Source: the human T2T-CHM13v2.0 reference genome, Homo sapiens. Taken from it: a stretch of 64,000 bases of DNA. The notes under the pieces are model-generated. The model was not told the DNA's origin and ran no database searches. It saw only the letters and a program-made list of their open reading frames with translations. Position 1 is the first letter of the stretch; each line of letters starts with the position of its first letter. Made by a program: the position numbers and the translations under genes. The stretch spans positions 24,000,001 through 24,064,000 of the forward strand of contig CP086569.2 in assembly GCA_009914755.4 (NCBI GenBank). The letters are read 5' to 3'. Below are positions 38,298 through 53,539 of this stretch, in pieces.

Positions 38298-38589
38298 AGA
38301 AGGAAGCTGGCTGGGTGTGGTGGCTCATGCCGGTAATCCCAGCACTTTGGGAGGCTGAGGTGGGTGGATCACCTGAGGTCAGGAGTTCGAGACCAGCCTG
38401 ACCAATATGGTGAAGCCTCATCTGTACTAAAACTACAAAAATTAGCCAGGCGTGGTGGTGTGTGCCTGTAGTCCCAGCTACACTGGACGCTGAGGCAGGA
38501 GAATCAGTTTAACCTGGGAGGCAGAGGTTGCAGTGAGCCAAGATCGCGCCACTGCACACCAGTCTGGGCAACAGAGCCAGACTCTGCCT
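38298..38589 (+). mobile_element. Mirror Alu followed by a (CAAA)n tract
   Basis: ggctgggtgtggtggctcatgccggtaatcccagcactttgggaggctgaggtgggtggatcacctgaggtcaggagttcgagaccagcctg... Confidence 0.9.
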
Positions 38590-39227
38590 GAAAACAAAAG
38601 AAAACAAAACAACAAACAAACAAACAAACAAAAAAATGAAAGAAGCCAGATTACCACAAAACAATATGATAAAGACAAGCAACTCAAATGAAAAATGACC
38701 GGAGGCTATGAACAGGTCTCTCAGCAATGAGGAATCCAAACAGTCAACAAACAGTAGAAAAAAGTTTAACTCCATGAGCAATCAGGGAAAACCAAAGTAA
38801 AATGAAAATGAGATGCCACTTCTTGACCATCAGGTTGGCAAATTAAAGAGCAGTGATATCAATATTGGAAAGTGAATAGACAAATGAAGACTCTAACTCA
38901 CAAATGGTGGAGTGTAAATTGGTACATACTGGCACAACACTTCAAAGGGCAATTTTCTGATATCTATTAAAATTTGAAATGTGCATATCCATGACCCGAC
39001 AGATATATCTCTTGGCGTTCACCCCCAGAAAAAATAAATACTCATTTGGCTCCAATGAGAGAGGTTCATTGTATATTATTAATAACTACGACAAAGCACA
39101 AGTGACCTAAATGTCCATTGACCAGGGAATGGCTAATAATGGTGGCATATCCATATTATGTAAAATTATGCCAAAGTTAAAAGGAATTAAGTATATATAT
39201 ATGTGCTGACATTAGAAATTTCTGAGT

Positions 39228-39358
39228 AACTGGGTGTGATGGTGTACCCCCATAGTCCCAGCTACTCATAGGCTGAGGTGGGAGGATCACTTGAACCCAG
39301 GAGTTCCAGGCCAGCCTGGGCAATACAGCAAGACCTCATTTCTAAAAAAGAAAAAAAA
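39228..39358 (+). mobile_element. Mirror of Alu fragment 33572..33702
   Basis: ggtgtgatggtgtacccccatagtcccagctactcataggctgaggtgggaggatcacttgaacccaggagttccaggccagcctgggcaatacagcaagacctcatttct. Confidence 0.75.
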
Positions 39359-42300
39359 TCTACCTGTTAATGTAGGTATTTCTGAGTCATGTTCTTGGAG
39401 GAAAAAAATCAAGTTACATACATTTTAATAGCATTTTTGTTCAAGAACATATACCCCAAATAATATATATTCCCTCTATATACCCTCTAAGTATAAATAT
39501 ATAGTGTAAGCATACATTTTCTACAATATGTATACATATACATAGTACTTATTATATGAATATAATTTCTCTATTACAAGTATAATAAAAATGCCACATA
39601 TTTTATGTTAGTAAATATGTTCTGTAAGTTCAAATATCAAATGTTCCCTATAAGTGTATAAAAGGAAACATCTAGAAAAACATCTGAAAGGATTTACACC
39701 AAACTACCCATCTCTGGGAATGGATCTGGGATGTAGAGCTGGTGGTCAAAAGGTAACTTAAGCCTACCTGAATGTTTTTAGTATTTTAAAGAAAGGGGCA
39801 CATATTATCTATTACTCGTATTGTCAAAAATGGATAAGAAACAAAAAATGAATGTAGAAAGAATAAAACTAAGGAAATGAAGGTTAGCATGATTAGGGAT
39901 GAGGAAAGGAAGAAGAGTGAGTTATACCAGCTTTTTCTCTCTGCTTTCTCCACAAGTGTTCAACTTGTGATTTGCAAGAGTTTGCTCAGTAGTGATGCCT
40001 CCTGATGCAGAAAAAGCAGTTTCAAAGCAACTGGGAGAAGTATGTGTGTGAGTAGGCAGTCAGTGGTGTAGAGATGAGATTGATTCCAACATTTGAAAAA
40101 AGTACTGAAAGATTTGTTAACAGGCAAAATTCAGAAGGAAATGTGGAAATTTTACTTTTGTTAAGCAGATAGGCTCCTCAAGGGCCAATTGTTTTGGAGC
40201 AATTCATTAGTGTAGATAGAAGTATTATCTGTTCAGGCTGCTATAGTAAAAGCAATACTCCACAAAACAATAGTACATGAACATGATTTATCCAAGTTTG
40301 TTGCTACTTTGTAACAAGGATTGTCTTTCCTCTAGTCTCCAATAACATGTTCCTCACGTCAGAATGGTCTTTACTGTCTATATTTCTACTAAGTCTCTTC
40401 ACAACTACTTAGGTACTCTCTAAGAAGAGTCAAGTTTTCTCTACAGCTCTCCTTTTCTCCTTCTGAACCCTCATCAGAATCACCCTTTATGGCCTGGTCT
40501 GTTCACAGCAGTGTAGGATTTTTCTAGGATACATGTCAAAACTCTTCCAGCCTCTACCCATTACCCATTTACAAAACTGATTCCATAGTTTTAGGCATTT
40601 ATTATAGCAGCACCCCTCTCCCAGTACTACCTTTCTTAATCTGTTCAGGCTCTTATAATAACAATACCTGAACCTGGATGGCTTATAAACAACAGAAATT
40701 TGTATCTCACAGTTTTGGAGACTGGCAAGTCCAAGACCAGGGTGTCAGCACGGTGAGGTTCTGGTGAGGACACTTTTCTGGGGTGCAGACTGCCAACTTC
40801 TTGCTGTATTCTTACATGGTAGGAGGAGTAACTAAGCTCCCCGAGTCCTCTTTTACAAGGGCATCAATCCCATTCACCAAAGCTCTGGCCTCATGACATA
40901 ATTCGTCTCCCAAAGGCTCCACTTCCTAATACCATCATTCATTCACGAACGCTCTGCCCTTAGGACCTAATTCATCTCCCAAAGGCTCCGCTTCCTGATA
41001 CCATCACCCCAGGGACTAGAGTTTCAACATATGTACAGGTGAGAGGTTGAGTGGGGGCAAACATTCAGACCATAGTGTTGTTTAGGGCTTAGATTTGTGG
41101 TTTTGCTTCTTTGTTTAGCTACTCTCATGGGAACAAGACATTTAATACATAAATTTGTCCCACTATATTACCCCTTTCTTCCTCCATGTAGTTTGCTAAT
41201 ATAGCATACTGGTTGAGAACTCAGATGTTAAAGTCTGACTGGGTTTAAATCACAGCTCTGATGCCTACCAACTATGATCTCAGGCAAGTTATCCAACCTC
41301 TGTGTACCTCTACTTCCTTCTCCATAAAATTGAGATAATAATAGCACCTAGTATTGTTATGAGGATTAGATGAACTAGAAGTAAAATGATTACAATAATG
41401 CCTGGTACATAGTATGCACCGTATCAGTATCAGTGCCTTGTGTCAATATTATTACTTTTAACAAACTGATAATTTTTCAGTTAAATATTTAATATTTAGA
41501 ATCAAGAGGCCATCATGAAGATTATGCACGTTTGCTTCAGACCAATCCCAAAATTCAGACAATCTGCTTAGGAGATTTAAGTTTTGACTGAATAAACTAT
41601 TATTGCAGGTAGTAGGATTAAAGGTGAACAGGCAGGGCTTAAGCCAATGTTGCTCAGTTGATAGACATATCTGTAAGTATGCACAAGTGTACACGAGATG
41701 TGTGTTGCTATGCTGGACCACACGAATACAGGTCCAACAGAAGATGAGGCACCATACCCTGAGATTTAAATGGAATTGGTTTAAACATCTGCTAACATGC
41801 AATGGGAATAGCACATATTTCTTTCTATCTTGCTGGGCATACTGAGCTCATGATTTTTGCTTTTCCAGGTCACTTTTGGCTGTAAGCTACTGTTCCTACT
41901 GAATTATTTCATCTACATATCATCTTGCTGTGGATCAGCATGCTGTCCCTGACCCATGTTGCAACGGACAGTGTCCTTGACACTCCTCACAAAATACCGC
42001 TGACATAAGGCATTTGTGTGTGTACTGGAAGCTTGGTAAAGGTTGGACACTATAGCAGGACAGTATGCTACATAATCACAGTAAAGAGTCATAAATCTTT
42101 TAGCTGTTAACCTTCTTTTTAAAAGCAGTCTGGCTAACCTCACTCATCACCTAATGTAGTCAAGATGCTTCGTTGCAAGCAATAGTCACAGAAGTTTTGG
42201 CTGGTTTAAACAGGAGAACAACTTATTAAAATTTATTGGATAACTAGCCCACAGAATCTCAAAATGAACCAAAGAGCCAGGTTGTCTCCAGGAATGACAC

Positions 42301-43129
42301 ACAAAACCGTGCCGCAGAACTTGTCCAGTGAAGAAACCTCAGCTGTCACCACTGGGCACTGAGTTACATCGTGGCTTGCACAACTGACAGTAGTGGCCAC
42401 CGCAGCTCTAACCGATACCATGGCTGCCGCTGCTGCTGTTGATACTCTTCTCCAGAAAGAATTCTCTGCAGTCCCTTCTTTACAGCATCAGCAGTCCCCT
42501 CTTCAAAATTTGGGATGGGTGCATCTCACTGCTGTTGTGTAGGTTACCTGCCCAAGATGTAGCTGCAAGAAAGGCTGAGAAAGTAGACTATTTATTTATA
42601 AGGTGAAGCATTCTCAGATCCAGGGGGGGTGCAACTTGTTTATGACAAGCGCTCTCGATGGCAATGTTTCTTGACCGTCAGTCAGTGTGCACATGAGCCA
42701 TTTGGAGATCTTGTTAAAATGCAGACTCTGATTCAGTAGGTTTGGCATGGGACCTGAGATTTTACAGCACCCGCGTGATGTGAAGTTGCTGATCTGAGGA
42801 TTACATACACTGAGTAGCAAGCCTCCATAGCACCAATAGCACCAATTTTCAAATTTGGCCCCATATTGGAGTAACAAGACAAACATTTCCTTAAAAAAAA
42901 TATTGACTTCTGAGCCCTGCCCTCAGCTGATTTAGTTGGTTTGGGGTGAGGCACGGACATACAAATTTTTTAAATTTGTTTAAAAAATAGTTAAATTTAT
43001 TTAAACAATAAATATAATTTTTAAAATTATATTTAAAAAATATAAATTATTTAAAACATATATAAAAAAAAGTTTCTAATATACTCAGACATCTTTCACT
43101 GCAGGCTCCAACTTCTTGTCTCTTTGCAA

Positions 43130-43427
43130 GGTTAATTTCATTTTTCTGAGAAGGAGTCTCACTGTGTCACCCAGGCTGGAATGCAGTGGGGGCAATCTTG
43201 GCTCACTGCAACCGCCACCTCCCAGACTCAAATGATCCTCCCACCTCAGCCTCCTGAGGAGCAGGGACCACAGCTGCACACTGCCACACCCAGCTAATTT
43301 TTGGTATTTTTGGTAGAGACAGGGTTTTCCCATGTTCCCCAGACTGGTCTCAAACACCTGAACTTGGGCGATCCATCGGGCTCAGCCTCCCAAAGTGTGA
43401 GAATTACAGGTGTGAGCAAATAAGCCA
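43130..43427 (-). mobile_element. Mirror of Alu 29503..29800
   Basis: Reverse-complement identity (ORF 29573..29845+ = 43085..43357-). Confidence 0.85.
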
Positions 43428-46400
43428 ACCTGCAAGGTTACTTCTTTTCTCCAGCTTCCAGGACTTCCACTTCTCCCCCCAACCCCTTGCTTGGTTTCTC
43501 CCCTTGTAATTTGATTATTCTCATTTATTAGGCAGAACAATTTGAAACTCTACTCTTTAGTCCCTTGGGCCTAACTTTGCATATCTAAAGCTCTATGGAG
43601 TTCTGCTAGTCCAGTGTTTCCCAAAACCATGTTACCTGTTGACCTGGCAGAATGTGGTATGAAGTGACGCATAAACAAACAGTGTTTTAAATTTGAATCT
43701 TTCTGTATTTATTTTAATGTCACCGTTTAAAATGTAGCTAAAACAGTACATCTGATCTTGCAAATGTTATTGTTTAGGACAATAAGTTAATTTTAAAAAC
43801 AGGTAAATAATAATAGACGCTCAGGGCAGATAAAACAAAAATCTTGAAAATGATTTGCAAGTGATTGAAATTCAAGTGTGCCTATACAAACGTAGCCTTC
43901 TTTCCAAAGCCGTAGGCTTTAGGAGCACAGAAGAACTGGCAGAGGTGTTCAAAGACACCAGCATTTTTTCTTCTCCCCCAGCATATAGGAAGAAATATAG
44001 AGATCTATTTCTGAGCTGATACGAATTATGCCACTAATCTTACTTAACACATTGAAATGGATACAATCAGTTTTGATCCTAAAAATTTTTTAAGAGATTT
44101 CATAAGATTTCAAGAAAACAGCACCAGCCTTTAAAAAATTCATGATCTAAAGAAAATTCTAAGAATCACTTATGAAATATAAAATACAAATAATGTTTGA
44201 TCCCTTGACCAGCTAACCTTTAACAAGAAAATGGGTGAAACTGTTCAGAACTGTTAAGAACTAATACACAAATCCAGAAAGTGTTAAAACTCCTAAGCAG
44301 GCAAAATTTTTAAAAACTCCACACCTACTTACATCATTGTGAAAGTTCAGAACACCAAAGAAAAACTGATCTTACACAGCAAAAAGACTGACAGCAGATT
44401 TCTCAGTTGCAATAGAAACTAGAAGATAACAGAGTAATATGCTCAATATTCTGAGAGGGAAAATACTTTTAAACCTAGAATTATATATTCAGTATAATTA
44501 TGAAACAACAGGGAAAAATCAAAATATTTTAGGTAGAAAAAAACCCAAGAGTTTACCACATCACACTGTCACACAAGGAAATTATAAAGAATTTGCTACA
44601 GGCGTAAGGAAAATGATTCAGAAGGCAGATCTGAGATATGCAAAGAAATGGTAAGCAAAATGTTACTACATATGTGGATGGGTCTAAAAAAACGATGTCT
44701 AATTTATATGGTGAAACCAGGATAGAGCTAAAATAGTGAATAACATATAAACTGAGAGAGGGGAGGGTGTCCAAAGCTAAAACATCCTAAAGGCCTTTGT
44801 ATTATTCAAGAGGAGAGTAAAGCTATGTATTAGCTTTATATTTTAAGTTTACATTTTCAAATAGTAAAACAGTCACTTAAAAATATAGACTGCATTACTC
44901 CAAATAAGTTGAGGAAAAAAATAACGTGACAAAAAGAAAAAACACAAAACAAAACACATACACACGTGAGCATATTACTGTTATCTTCTAGTTTCTATTG
45001 CTACTGAGAAGCTTCTTCTGTAAGTTTTAACTTTCTTGTTTGTATGCCATTCTTATTCAAGATAAGTAGTGTTGTATAAATTTTTACTGTGAGCGTGTCC
45101 TTAAAGGATCATTTTCTTTCAGCCTAGGTTGTAGAAGGATTCATCCAAGTCGGCTTTATGTTTGCTTCTGCCAGGCATTCTAGATGCCCCATGTCTAGGA
45201 TCTCTTTAGGCAGGAGAGAGGGTGATGGTGTAGGAGGACCCATTTCTTGGCTTGCAGATTCCAATAATATGTCACAGATTTAAACCCCAAACTTTGATGA
45301 AATGCAGGTCTAGGGTTTTAAAATATAATGAGAGTTAAATACGTATTTTCTTCATCCAGAGATGGGGCAAGCTTCCTCATCTGCTCGTTCATGGGTGATT
45401 TATATTTTCCCCACTCCATCCTTTTCCTAAGGATTTTAGGGACAATGGCTTTTTGCAGAGTACTCAGTTCCAGCTCCCACCTTGAGCCCTTACCTCCTGC
45501 CCCTAAACATCCAGACCTCAAGTTAGAGAGAGTAACATTTTGCCCACACCTAGGAGGACCAATCCTTCTGGTTTCCTTAGGGATGCAGGAATTTCTCAGT
45601 GCTAAAACCAGTAAGTCCTGGGCAAACGAGTATGACTGGCTGCCCTACAACCCAGCCCCCATATCCAGGGCAGGAGAACAATCATTTGAACAATTCATTG
45701 CTCTGGTTTTCAGTTGATTTTTGGTTCTTGGAATTTCCCTTCTTTTTTTATGGGCTTATCTGCCTATTGGAAACAAAACGTTATTTTTTTTTATCCCGCA
45801 TTACTAGATGTCAGTAGTGAGACACGTCTCACGTTATAGCAGTCCAGCATTTTGCCAGTTCAAAAAGTCACATTTTAATTCTTTCCGTCAGTACAGAAGT
45901 GAAGTTTGAGGATAAAGGTCATAGCCACGTAGCCCTGTGTGCATAACCAGGTGCTGGAGTGGTCCCCAAAGTTATGTGATTGGCTCCACCACCTGCCCCA
46001 CAGCTTGCTCCCGCTCTAGGCCCTTGCTCTGATCTTGAGAATGTTCTGTAAGTCTCTAGGCAGGCCTAGCGTCTTTCTGTAAGTCCTAGAAGGTGAAGTC
46101 TTCCATTAAAATGTAAAATCCCTGAGCAAAGAGATATTATTTTATTCTGTTCACTCCTGCATCTGCAGTACCTGGTAATCACAGGCACTCAGTAACTATC
46201 TCTTGAAAGAAGGAACATCCTGAATGTCAAAACTGGCGTTCCCTCCCATCCAACCCCTTATATCTCAAACTTGACAGAAAGGAGTCCAAGTTTCTGGCCT
46301 GTTGATGTCTCCCTCCGTTTTCCACAGACTTGCTACTATTTATTTCTGCAGGTACTTTAAAAGATTTTGGGGTGGGTGTGACGCTAACAGTGATTGTGCT

Positions 46401-46484
46401 AAACCTGTGCATTCCGGAAGCCATTTTGAAACTACAGCCCAGACACATTATCATTTTTTAAAACTATACCATATATTTCAGTAT

Positions 46485-47725
46485 GCATACTTATTTCAAG
46501 GGTGTTTTGGAGGCGGTGCCTGCCTGGAACCCAGGCACTGGCCAGCACACACGCACGGCATACCCTGCGTACTCTACGCACCCACAGCGTGGGGGACGGC
46601 CGTCATCCCCCGCAGGCCTCCACCCTCCAGGGGGCGGGTGTGCTGCCACCCATTGGCTCAGGCCGATACCACGCGCCCCGATACCCGGCACAGGAGCCAC
46701 CTCCCAGAGCCCCGCAGTCCATGCCTCAGTCGGCCTGCGCTCCTCAGCCTGGCGGTTCTACCTCCGAGGGTTCGCCCGCCCTTGGTTTTCCTTACACCTT
46801 AGCCTTTGGCTCCTTTGACCACTCGAAGCCCCACAGCGTGTTCCAGCGGACTTCACCAGCAGACCCAGAAGTGGTGGGTGAAACACTGCCTCTGTTCCTC
46901 CTTGAGCCTGTCGGGAGCTGCTGCCTGCCACCACCATGGTGAGTTGAAGGAAAGACCTGAGGGGCAAGGCCTGTGGGGTCTTCACCGGTGGGTGAAACCA
47001 GGCTCCGCCTTATCCTCGGTTTTCCTGTTTCGGGGCCACCCCGCTGAATGCATTAGGAGCCGTGGCCCGCAGGGTGGGGTGAGGCGGCCTGGCAGCAGCG
47101 CGGCCTATACAGAGAGGCAGGCACAGAAGTGGCGGGACAGCAAGCATGGCGTGGGTCCCCAGGACGCCCTGCCTCACAGTTCACTTACAAGGGCCACGGC
47201 CTCCTTGCGGAACCCATTTCCTGCCCCGGGTTCTCTCCTGGCAGCGGTTTGGGGTGCGGGTTCCCCACCCCCACGCGTCCCCACCCCCACTCCTAGGCGC
47301 CCTTTCCCCCTTCCCCCACTCCCACGCGCCCCCACCCCGCCAACTTCACTTCTGACGCTCTCCTGGTGGCTCCGCAAGATGGCGGCGGGCCTGCTGAGAG
47401 ACTTGCCTCCTTGGATTGGGAGGGCCGGAACTTCTTCAGGAAGTGGTTCCCTCCTGGTCCTTGTACTACTGGGTGGGGTGGGTTGGTGGGGTTTGTGGGG
47501 GCCTGAGTGTGGCGGGTGGGGCGGCCTGAAGGCGCGGCCCACTAGCTGAGGGGGCTGGGTGGGAAGTGCCTCTGATCCTTTCGCGGCTAGCAGCTGCTGG
47601 GGGCTTGGCTGATGGCGGCTGGCTGATGGCGGCTCCCTACTGCGGCGGCGACAGGCACAAAAGCTCACTCGACGCCATCTTTGTGGCAAGAGGTTGGCTT
47701 CGGCAGTTACCATTGAGAATTTTAG
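46485..47725 (+). promoter_or_regulatory. DAZ: CpG island, promoter and exon 1 of the right DAZ gene (mirror of 25205..26445)
   Basis: Mirror-identical to the left island; contains ccaccATGgtgagt at 46931. Confidence 0.8.
46936..46938 (+). CDS. DAZ: DAZ exon 1 coding portion (ATG) of the right gene; 5'UTR lies upstream
   Basis: ctgcctgccaccaccATGgtgagttgaagg at 46921 onward; inside the CpG island. Confidence 0.75.
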
Positions 47726-48517
47726 AATTTTTAAACTCCAGGCACAATCTTTCCCCCGTAGATAAACCAGGAAACTTTGACTAAATGTCCAATTGGTAGA
47801 TAATGTTGGGTGTGCATTTCTGTGAGTTTGGTAAATGCCCAGCGTTCATTGAGCGCCATCACAGATGTGGCTCTGAATACGCTGACCAAACACTGAGTCA
47901 CAAACACGCGTGTTACATGCTGTGTGCGTATCTGCATTGATAATTTTGTCTTTTCGTTTTTGGAAATAAAAGGAGGAGTTTTATACACGGTTTATATTAC
48001 CATGTATAAACATTAAAAATACATAAGCAACTATAATGTGTAATAAGTGTGCAACATGTTACCCATGCTAATGAAAAAATCACCTTGAGTTATAAGTTAT
48101 AATTATTTACAATAATACTTTTCATTTTTAGAGGTAGAGGGAAGAAATGCTTATCGTTTCATTAGGTTTTTTTCCTGATTATAAAAGTAGTGTAGTATAT
48201 TTACTCATTTGAAAACAATCACACTAAGAAAATAGCAGTCCATGTTAATACCAACACATAAAACCACAGTTAAGTTTTGATACATGAATGCCTTTCCAAC
48301 TTATTTTTATGCATGTATTGCAATTGCATATAGATAGGCCAGCTTTTACAAAAGTTACATAGTGCTGCTTAATACTATTTTACAACTGGCAGCTTTCAAT
48401 TAATGTGGGTATTATTCTGAAGATAACTTTAATTTTCAGTATATCATGTTAAAAATTGTACTGTTGTTTTACTGAATTCCCTTATGATGAATACTTTTTC
48501 AGTATTAAAACTATCAT

Positions 48518-48816
48518 GGGCTGGGCGCGGTGGCTCACGCCTGTAATCCCAACACTTTGGGAGACTGAGGCGGGCGGATCACTTGAGGTCAGGATTTCGA
48601 GAGCAGCCCGATTAACATGGTGAAACCCCATCTCTACTAAAAATACGAAAAATTAGCCAGGCGTGGTGGCGTGCACTTGTAATCCCAGCTACTCGGGAGG
48701 CTGAGGCAGGAGAATCATTTGAACCTGGGAAGCAGGTTGCAGTGAGCTGAGATGGTGCCACTGCAGTCCAGCCTAGGCAACAAAGGGAGACTCAGTCTCA
48801 AAACAAAATTTAAAAA
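48518..48816 (+). mobile_element. Mirror Alu (right arm intron 1)
   Basis: gggctgggcgcggtggctcacgcctgtaatcccaacactttgggagactgagg...aaaacaaaatttaaaaaa. Confidence 0.9.
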
Positions 48817-50471
48817 ATGCCATGAATGTCCTTGTGTAAATATCTTGGCACACTTGTACTTAATTATTAATTCCTTGAGATTAATTGCTGTAAGTGGCAT
48901 TGCTGGGTGGAAGTGCTTTTGCCCTTTCATAACAATTTTAAATTATGCTCCTCATTAGTATAGTGGTGAGTATCCCCCTGTCAAATTATGATACACCTTT
49001 TCCAAGGTGCTCTTGGTAAAGCATGTATCAGTATTTTCCCACTGATGGTGTGTAGAGTGATCTCTGTTGCACACCCTTTCTAATGAACGGTATTAGGATT
49101 TTGTACATCGTCAGCCTAATAGCTGGATAATGTTACACTATGTTGATGTGCACTTTTTTGAATCATCAGTGAAGTTGAGCATTGATCATTAGCTTTTTAA
49201 ATTTCCTTTTTTAATTTTATTTTTCTTACTGACTCATAAAAACCCTGTATTAATATTCGCATTTGTCATACATAGTGGGAAAATATATATAGTAGTAATG
49301 ATGAGGTGCCATGGTGCCCTTACCTTATTCCTATTTTCAGTGGAGATGGCTCTAGTATTTCACTGTAAGCTTCATGATAGGGTAGAATTAGATTGATAGA
49401 AAGCAAGAATCCTCTATTTCTATTTTACTTAGGTTTTTAAAAAATTTAAAAATGAATGCTGTATTTTATTAAATACTTTTTCAATGATGAATTAAAGTAA
49501 CGTATCCTGCGAATGCAGTATTCTTGCATTGCCAATATAAACTATATTCTTTCCTACTGGAATTTTGCATTTGTGTTGAGGAGAGGGTTGGACCATCTTG
49601 ATGAGGCTTTGTTGCTTATGTGTTGTTAACCTTTGTAAAATGCATTGAGAAGTACTTTTTTCCTCTTTGAAAATTGAAGAAAAGAGTTTACATTTCTTAA
49701 TCTCTTCTTCTATCTTTACTTCAGGTTTCTGGCGTCTGTGTGCACCTCTCTGTGACACACCACATACACCCAAGTTACCTGTTTCTTTACAAGTTGAAAA
49801 AACTCCCAGGGAAACTAAGCCAAATACCATTGGGTGTTCTTTTTCAAGATTGTTTGGGAAGAATTAAAATTTCTGTACAAGTTGACCATGTCGTTGATTT
49901 CAAAATTTATTCCTATAGAGTTTGAGCATAACATTCTTTTATAACCACGGGCCACAACCCATTTTTCAGGTCTCATATATTTTTGCTTTTTCTTGCTTAG
50001 TTTTGCAAGGATTGTGTATTGCTTGAATTTCATCCTTGCCACCCACCACTCCCCGGGACTCTGTTCTTGGATTAACTTCTGATTTTCACGTCATATTTTC
50101 TTAATTTTAGCATTCTCTTTATTTGCTCCTCTTCCTATTGCTGTGAATGTAACTTTGATGACTACAAATGATAGGCTTTTTCCTGGCCAGTTTATGTAAA
50201 TAACAATTTGCTTACATGTTCACATAGTAATTGCATTAGATAATACTGGCAGAGGAGCTGACATGGCAGGAGTTTAATGATAATTTTTTCCAGCTTTTAG
50301 CTGTCTTTGTCACTTGATTGTCCGCATATAACAAGGAATATGTTTGCTAGAAATAGCAATGAGAGTTGTGATTATGACGGTCTTGAAGCTCACCCCTGTT
50401 TACTATTGCAACATTTCTCATTTGAAAATTCAACAACTCACTTGAAGATACGGTTAAGAAAATTACTTCTT

Positions 50472-50811
<340 letters not shown>

Positions 50812-53102
50812 AAGAAAATTACTTCTTTAATGCAGTTTGTTTTCAGGATGCCATTGACGGTTACGATGGTACTTTCTTTCAAACTAAACTTTTGCTTATC
50901 CGAAGCATTCATTTATATTTTTGGCCGTAGTTTAAAACTAACCAAAGTTTGTCTGTTGATTGTGGATTTTTATATATACATTATATAATTATGTATAAGT
51001 ACACAGTCGGAATTGAACAATCCCTGCTACTCGAGCCATGGTAAAAGTGAAGTACGTTGCAGAAAACGAGGTACATTGCTTACCTTGTTAGCTTTGAGCG
51101 CCACCTGCTGGCTGAGGACTAGGACATGATCATTACTTCCTTCATTTAAAGTATTATGACGCTATTAGAGAGATTCAGTGAATTTTATATGTACGATTCC
51201 AGTTAAGCAGGCAGCCGGTTTGTAAGATCCAAGCTAAAGTCAAACTTCTTAATAATATCAAATGCCTTTTTTCTTCTTTACCAAACTACGGTTATTTCGA
51301 GTATCCAAATGAGTATGAGAATCAGAAGAGACACCCGAGGTCTTTTCCGGCCATTCGTTTTCAAGCAAGGAAACTGAAACCGAGGTCATGAAAAGATTCA
51401 CTTTAGTGAGCGATGGAAATCAGGTTCTTCCCAAAGAAGAATTTTCCTCTTCAATTCTTGTGGCACGGTGACAAGGTTTCTTAACCAGACCCTTTTCAAA
51501 TTGTGCACCAAATACTTCCTTATGGTAGGAGGCTGTCTTTACACTGTAGGATGCGCAGTAGTGTGCCTGGCCTTCGGCCCATCAGATTCCAGGAATACAT
51601 CTCAGTTGTGACAGCCAATCTCTAAACGTCGCTAAATGCCCCTGGGGCTCAAAAATCTTGCCCAGTTGAGAATCAGTGCATTTCCATAACCTCTCGTAGT
51701 CTGACACAGTTTTCTGCCAGATGTTACATTTCTAAATTAAAATACATCCAAACACTATGGTGCAGAGACGATACTGTAATATAGCTTGTTTATCAAGGAA
51801 ACACGTACCCAAAGTTCATCCACAAATCAAGGAGGAATTGGAAAGGAGAAAAAGAAACTACAAGAATTTCAGAATTTGTTTTGTTTTGTTTTATTCTGTT
51901 TGGGATTTCTGAATGAACTGAGAAGGAATTGGTAAATTGTCTATAGGGAAGGGAGATCTAATCAGGTTCCCAGTAGTTCAAGGTAGTGCAGCTTAATGTC
52001 ATTTGGAAAAAACAATAATGTGAGACATTTTTGAAAGGAAGAACTTTAAAAACAGTGTTTTAAATTTTTCTTTCACATCATTGTCATGAAATAACGCTGT
52101 TAAAGGAAAGAATTAGGAATTAGTTACAAACCCAAAATAGCAAGTACAAGCACGAAAGAATAGAGAAATGCAGTAACCTCGGCTTTAGTTGATTTGACAA
52201 TTTAGATTTGATCTCTAGTAAAGCTGTGTAGAATCAGTAACTTCTAGGCTCTAATTAACAAAGCAGGAACCCTCCTTTCTTATTAACTTCTGTAACATTA
52301 CTGTGTTCTAAAAGATAACGCAGTTTCTTTTGTCTTTTGTTTTCTTTCAGACAGGTATATGTGTAATAGCTTTCTCTTTTGCAGCATTTTGTACTGACAT
52401 TTGTGAAGTCAACAGCACTTCACCAATGATTTTTAAATTAATGATGTGTCATAGTTTCCTGATGTGTCAATTAGTTCTTAATTAAAATTTTTTTCAAAAT
52501 AAGTCAGCTAAATAGTGAAGCCAAAAAAGAAACTTGAAAACAAATCGGCTGAAAATAAATTCAAATAACAGGACACTAACTTACATTGGCACACCACTTG
52601 TACCACTTTATACGTACAAAATGAATTCACAGATGTGATCTCATGTCATTCTCAAAGCACTTTGCCCACAGATACATAGCTGGCAAGTAGGTGGCTTATA
52701 ACCACTTACCTGTAAGGGACATAAACCTAGATCTCCTGACTGAATTAATTTTTGTTTCACTATGCTATATTGTTTCTCCAACGTATATATTACTTATGAA
52801 TACTACTTCAGAAAATTTTACATTAACCTTAGAGTCTGCTGTGGAAAGAATAAAGACAGTTCTGATCAGAATCTAGAAAATTAGTGAGTTATATGTATGT
52901 GTTTTTTTATCTGAAAATAAAGATGGTATCATTTATATCTATCAGCCCACTGTGAAAATCAGAATTATCAGTCAGACTGATTCCGTGTTACTCAGGAAGA
53001 AAAATGTTATTTCAAAAGATGCTTTGAACACCCTAGCGTTAGGGAAGAGGATTGTAACAAATTGGTTTAAAACGTTGAGGCTTATTTTCTTTTTGGTGGG
53101 GC

Positions 53103-53133
<31 letters not shown>

Positions 53134-53539
53134 ATCTTTAGTCTACTCAGTAAAGTGAAAAGTTGTTTATGAATATAGAACAGGATGATTTTAATAACTT
53201 TAATTTTTACAAATCTAAACTCTCTAGTTTTGGGTGTCTTTTTTAACTACTTCACGTAGTACTTTCACAAATACTAAATGGGTATTCTTCCACAGCATTA
53301 TACAAGACTCGGTGATGAGCGGCACTAGGTTTAAGAAAGTACTGTATCCTTCGGTTAAAATTCCATGCTGATGTACTCTGATAAGTTTAAATCCTGAGCC
53401 TGAACTGAGCTGCACTGGTGACTGAATTACAATGAAAGTAATTTATGTAAAATATACTTAAAATACAAAAATGGTATTTCACATTATGTATGGGTTTTGC
53501 CTGCATACGTAATTATGATGTCTACTTTCCAAATTACAG

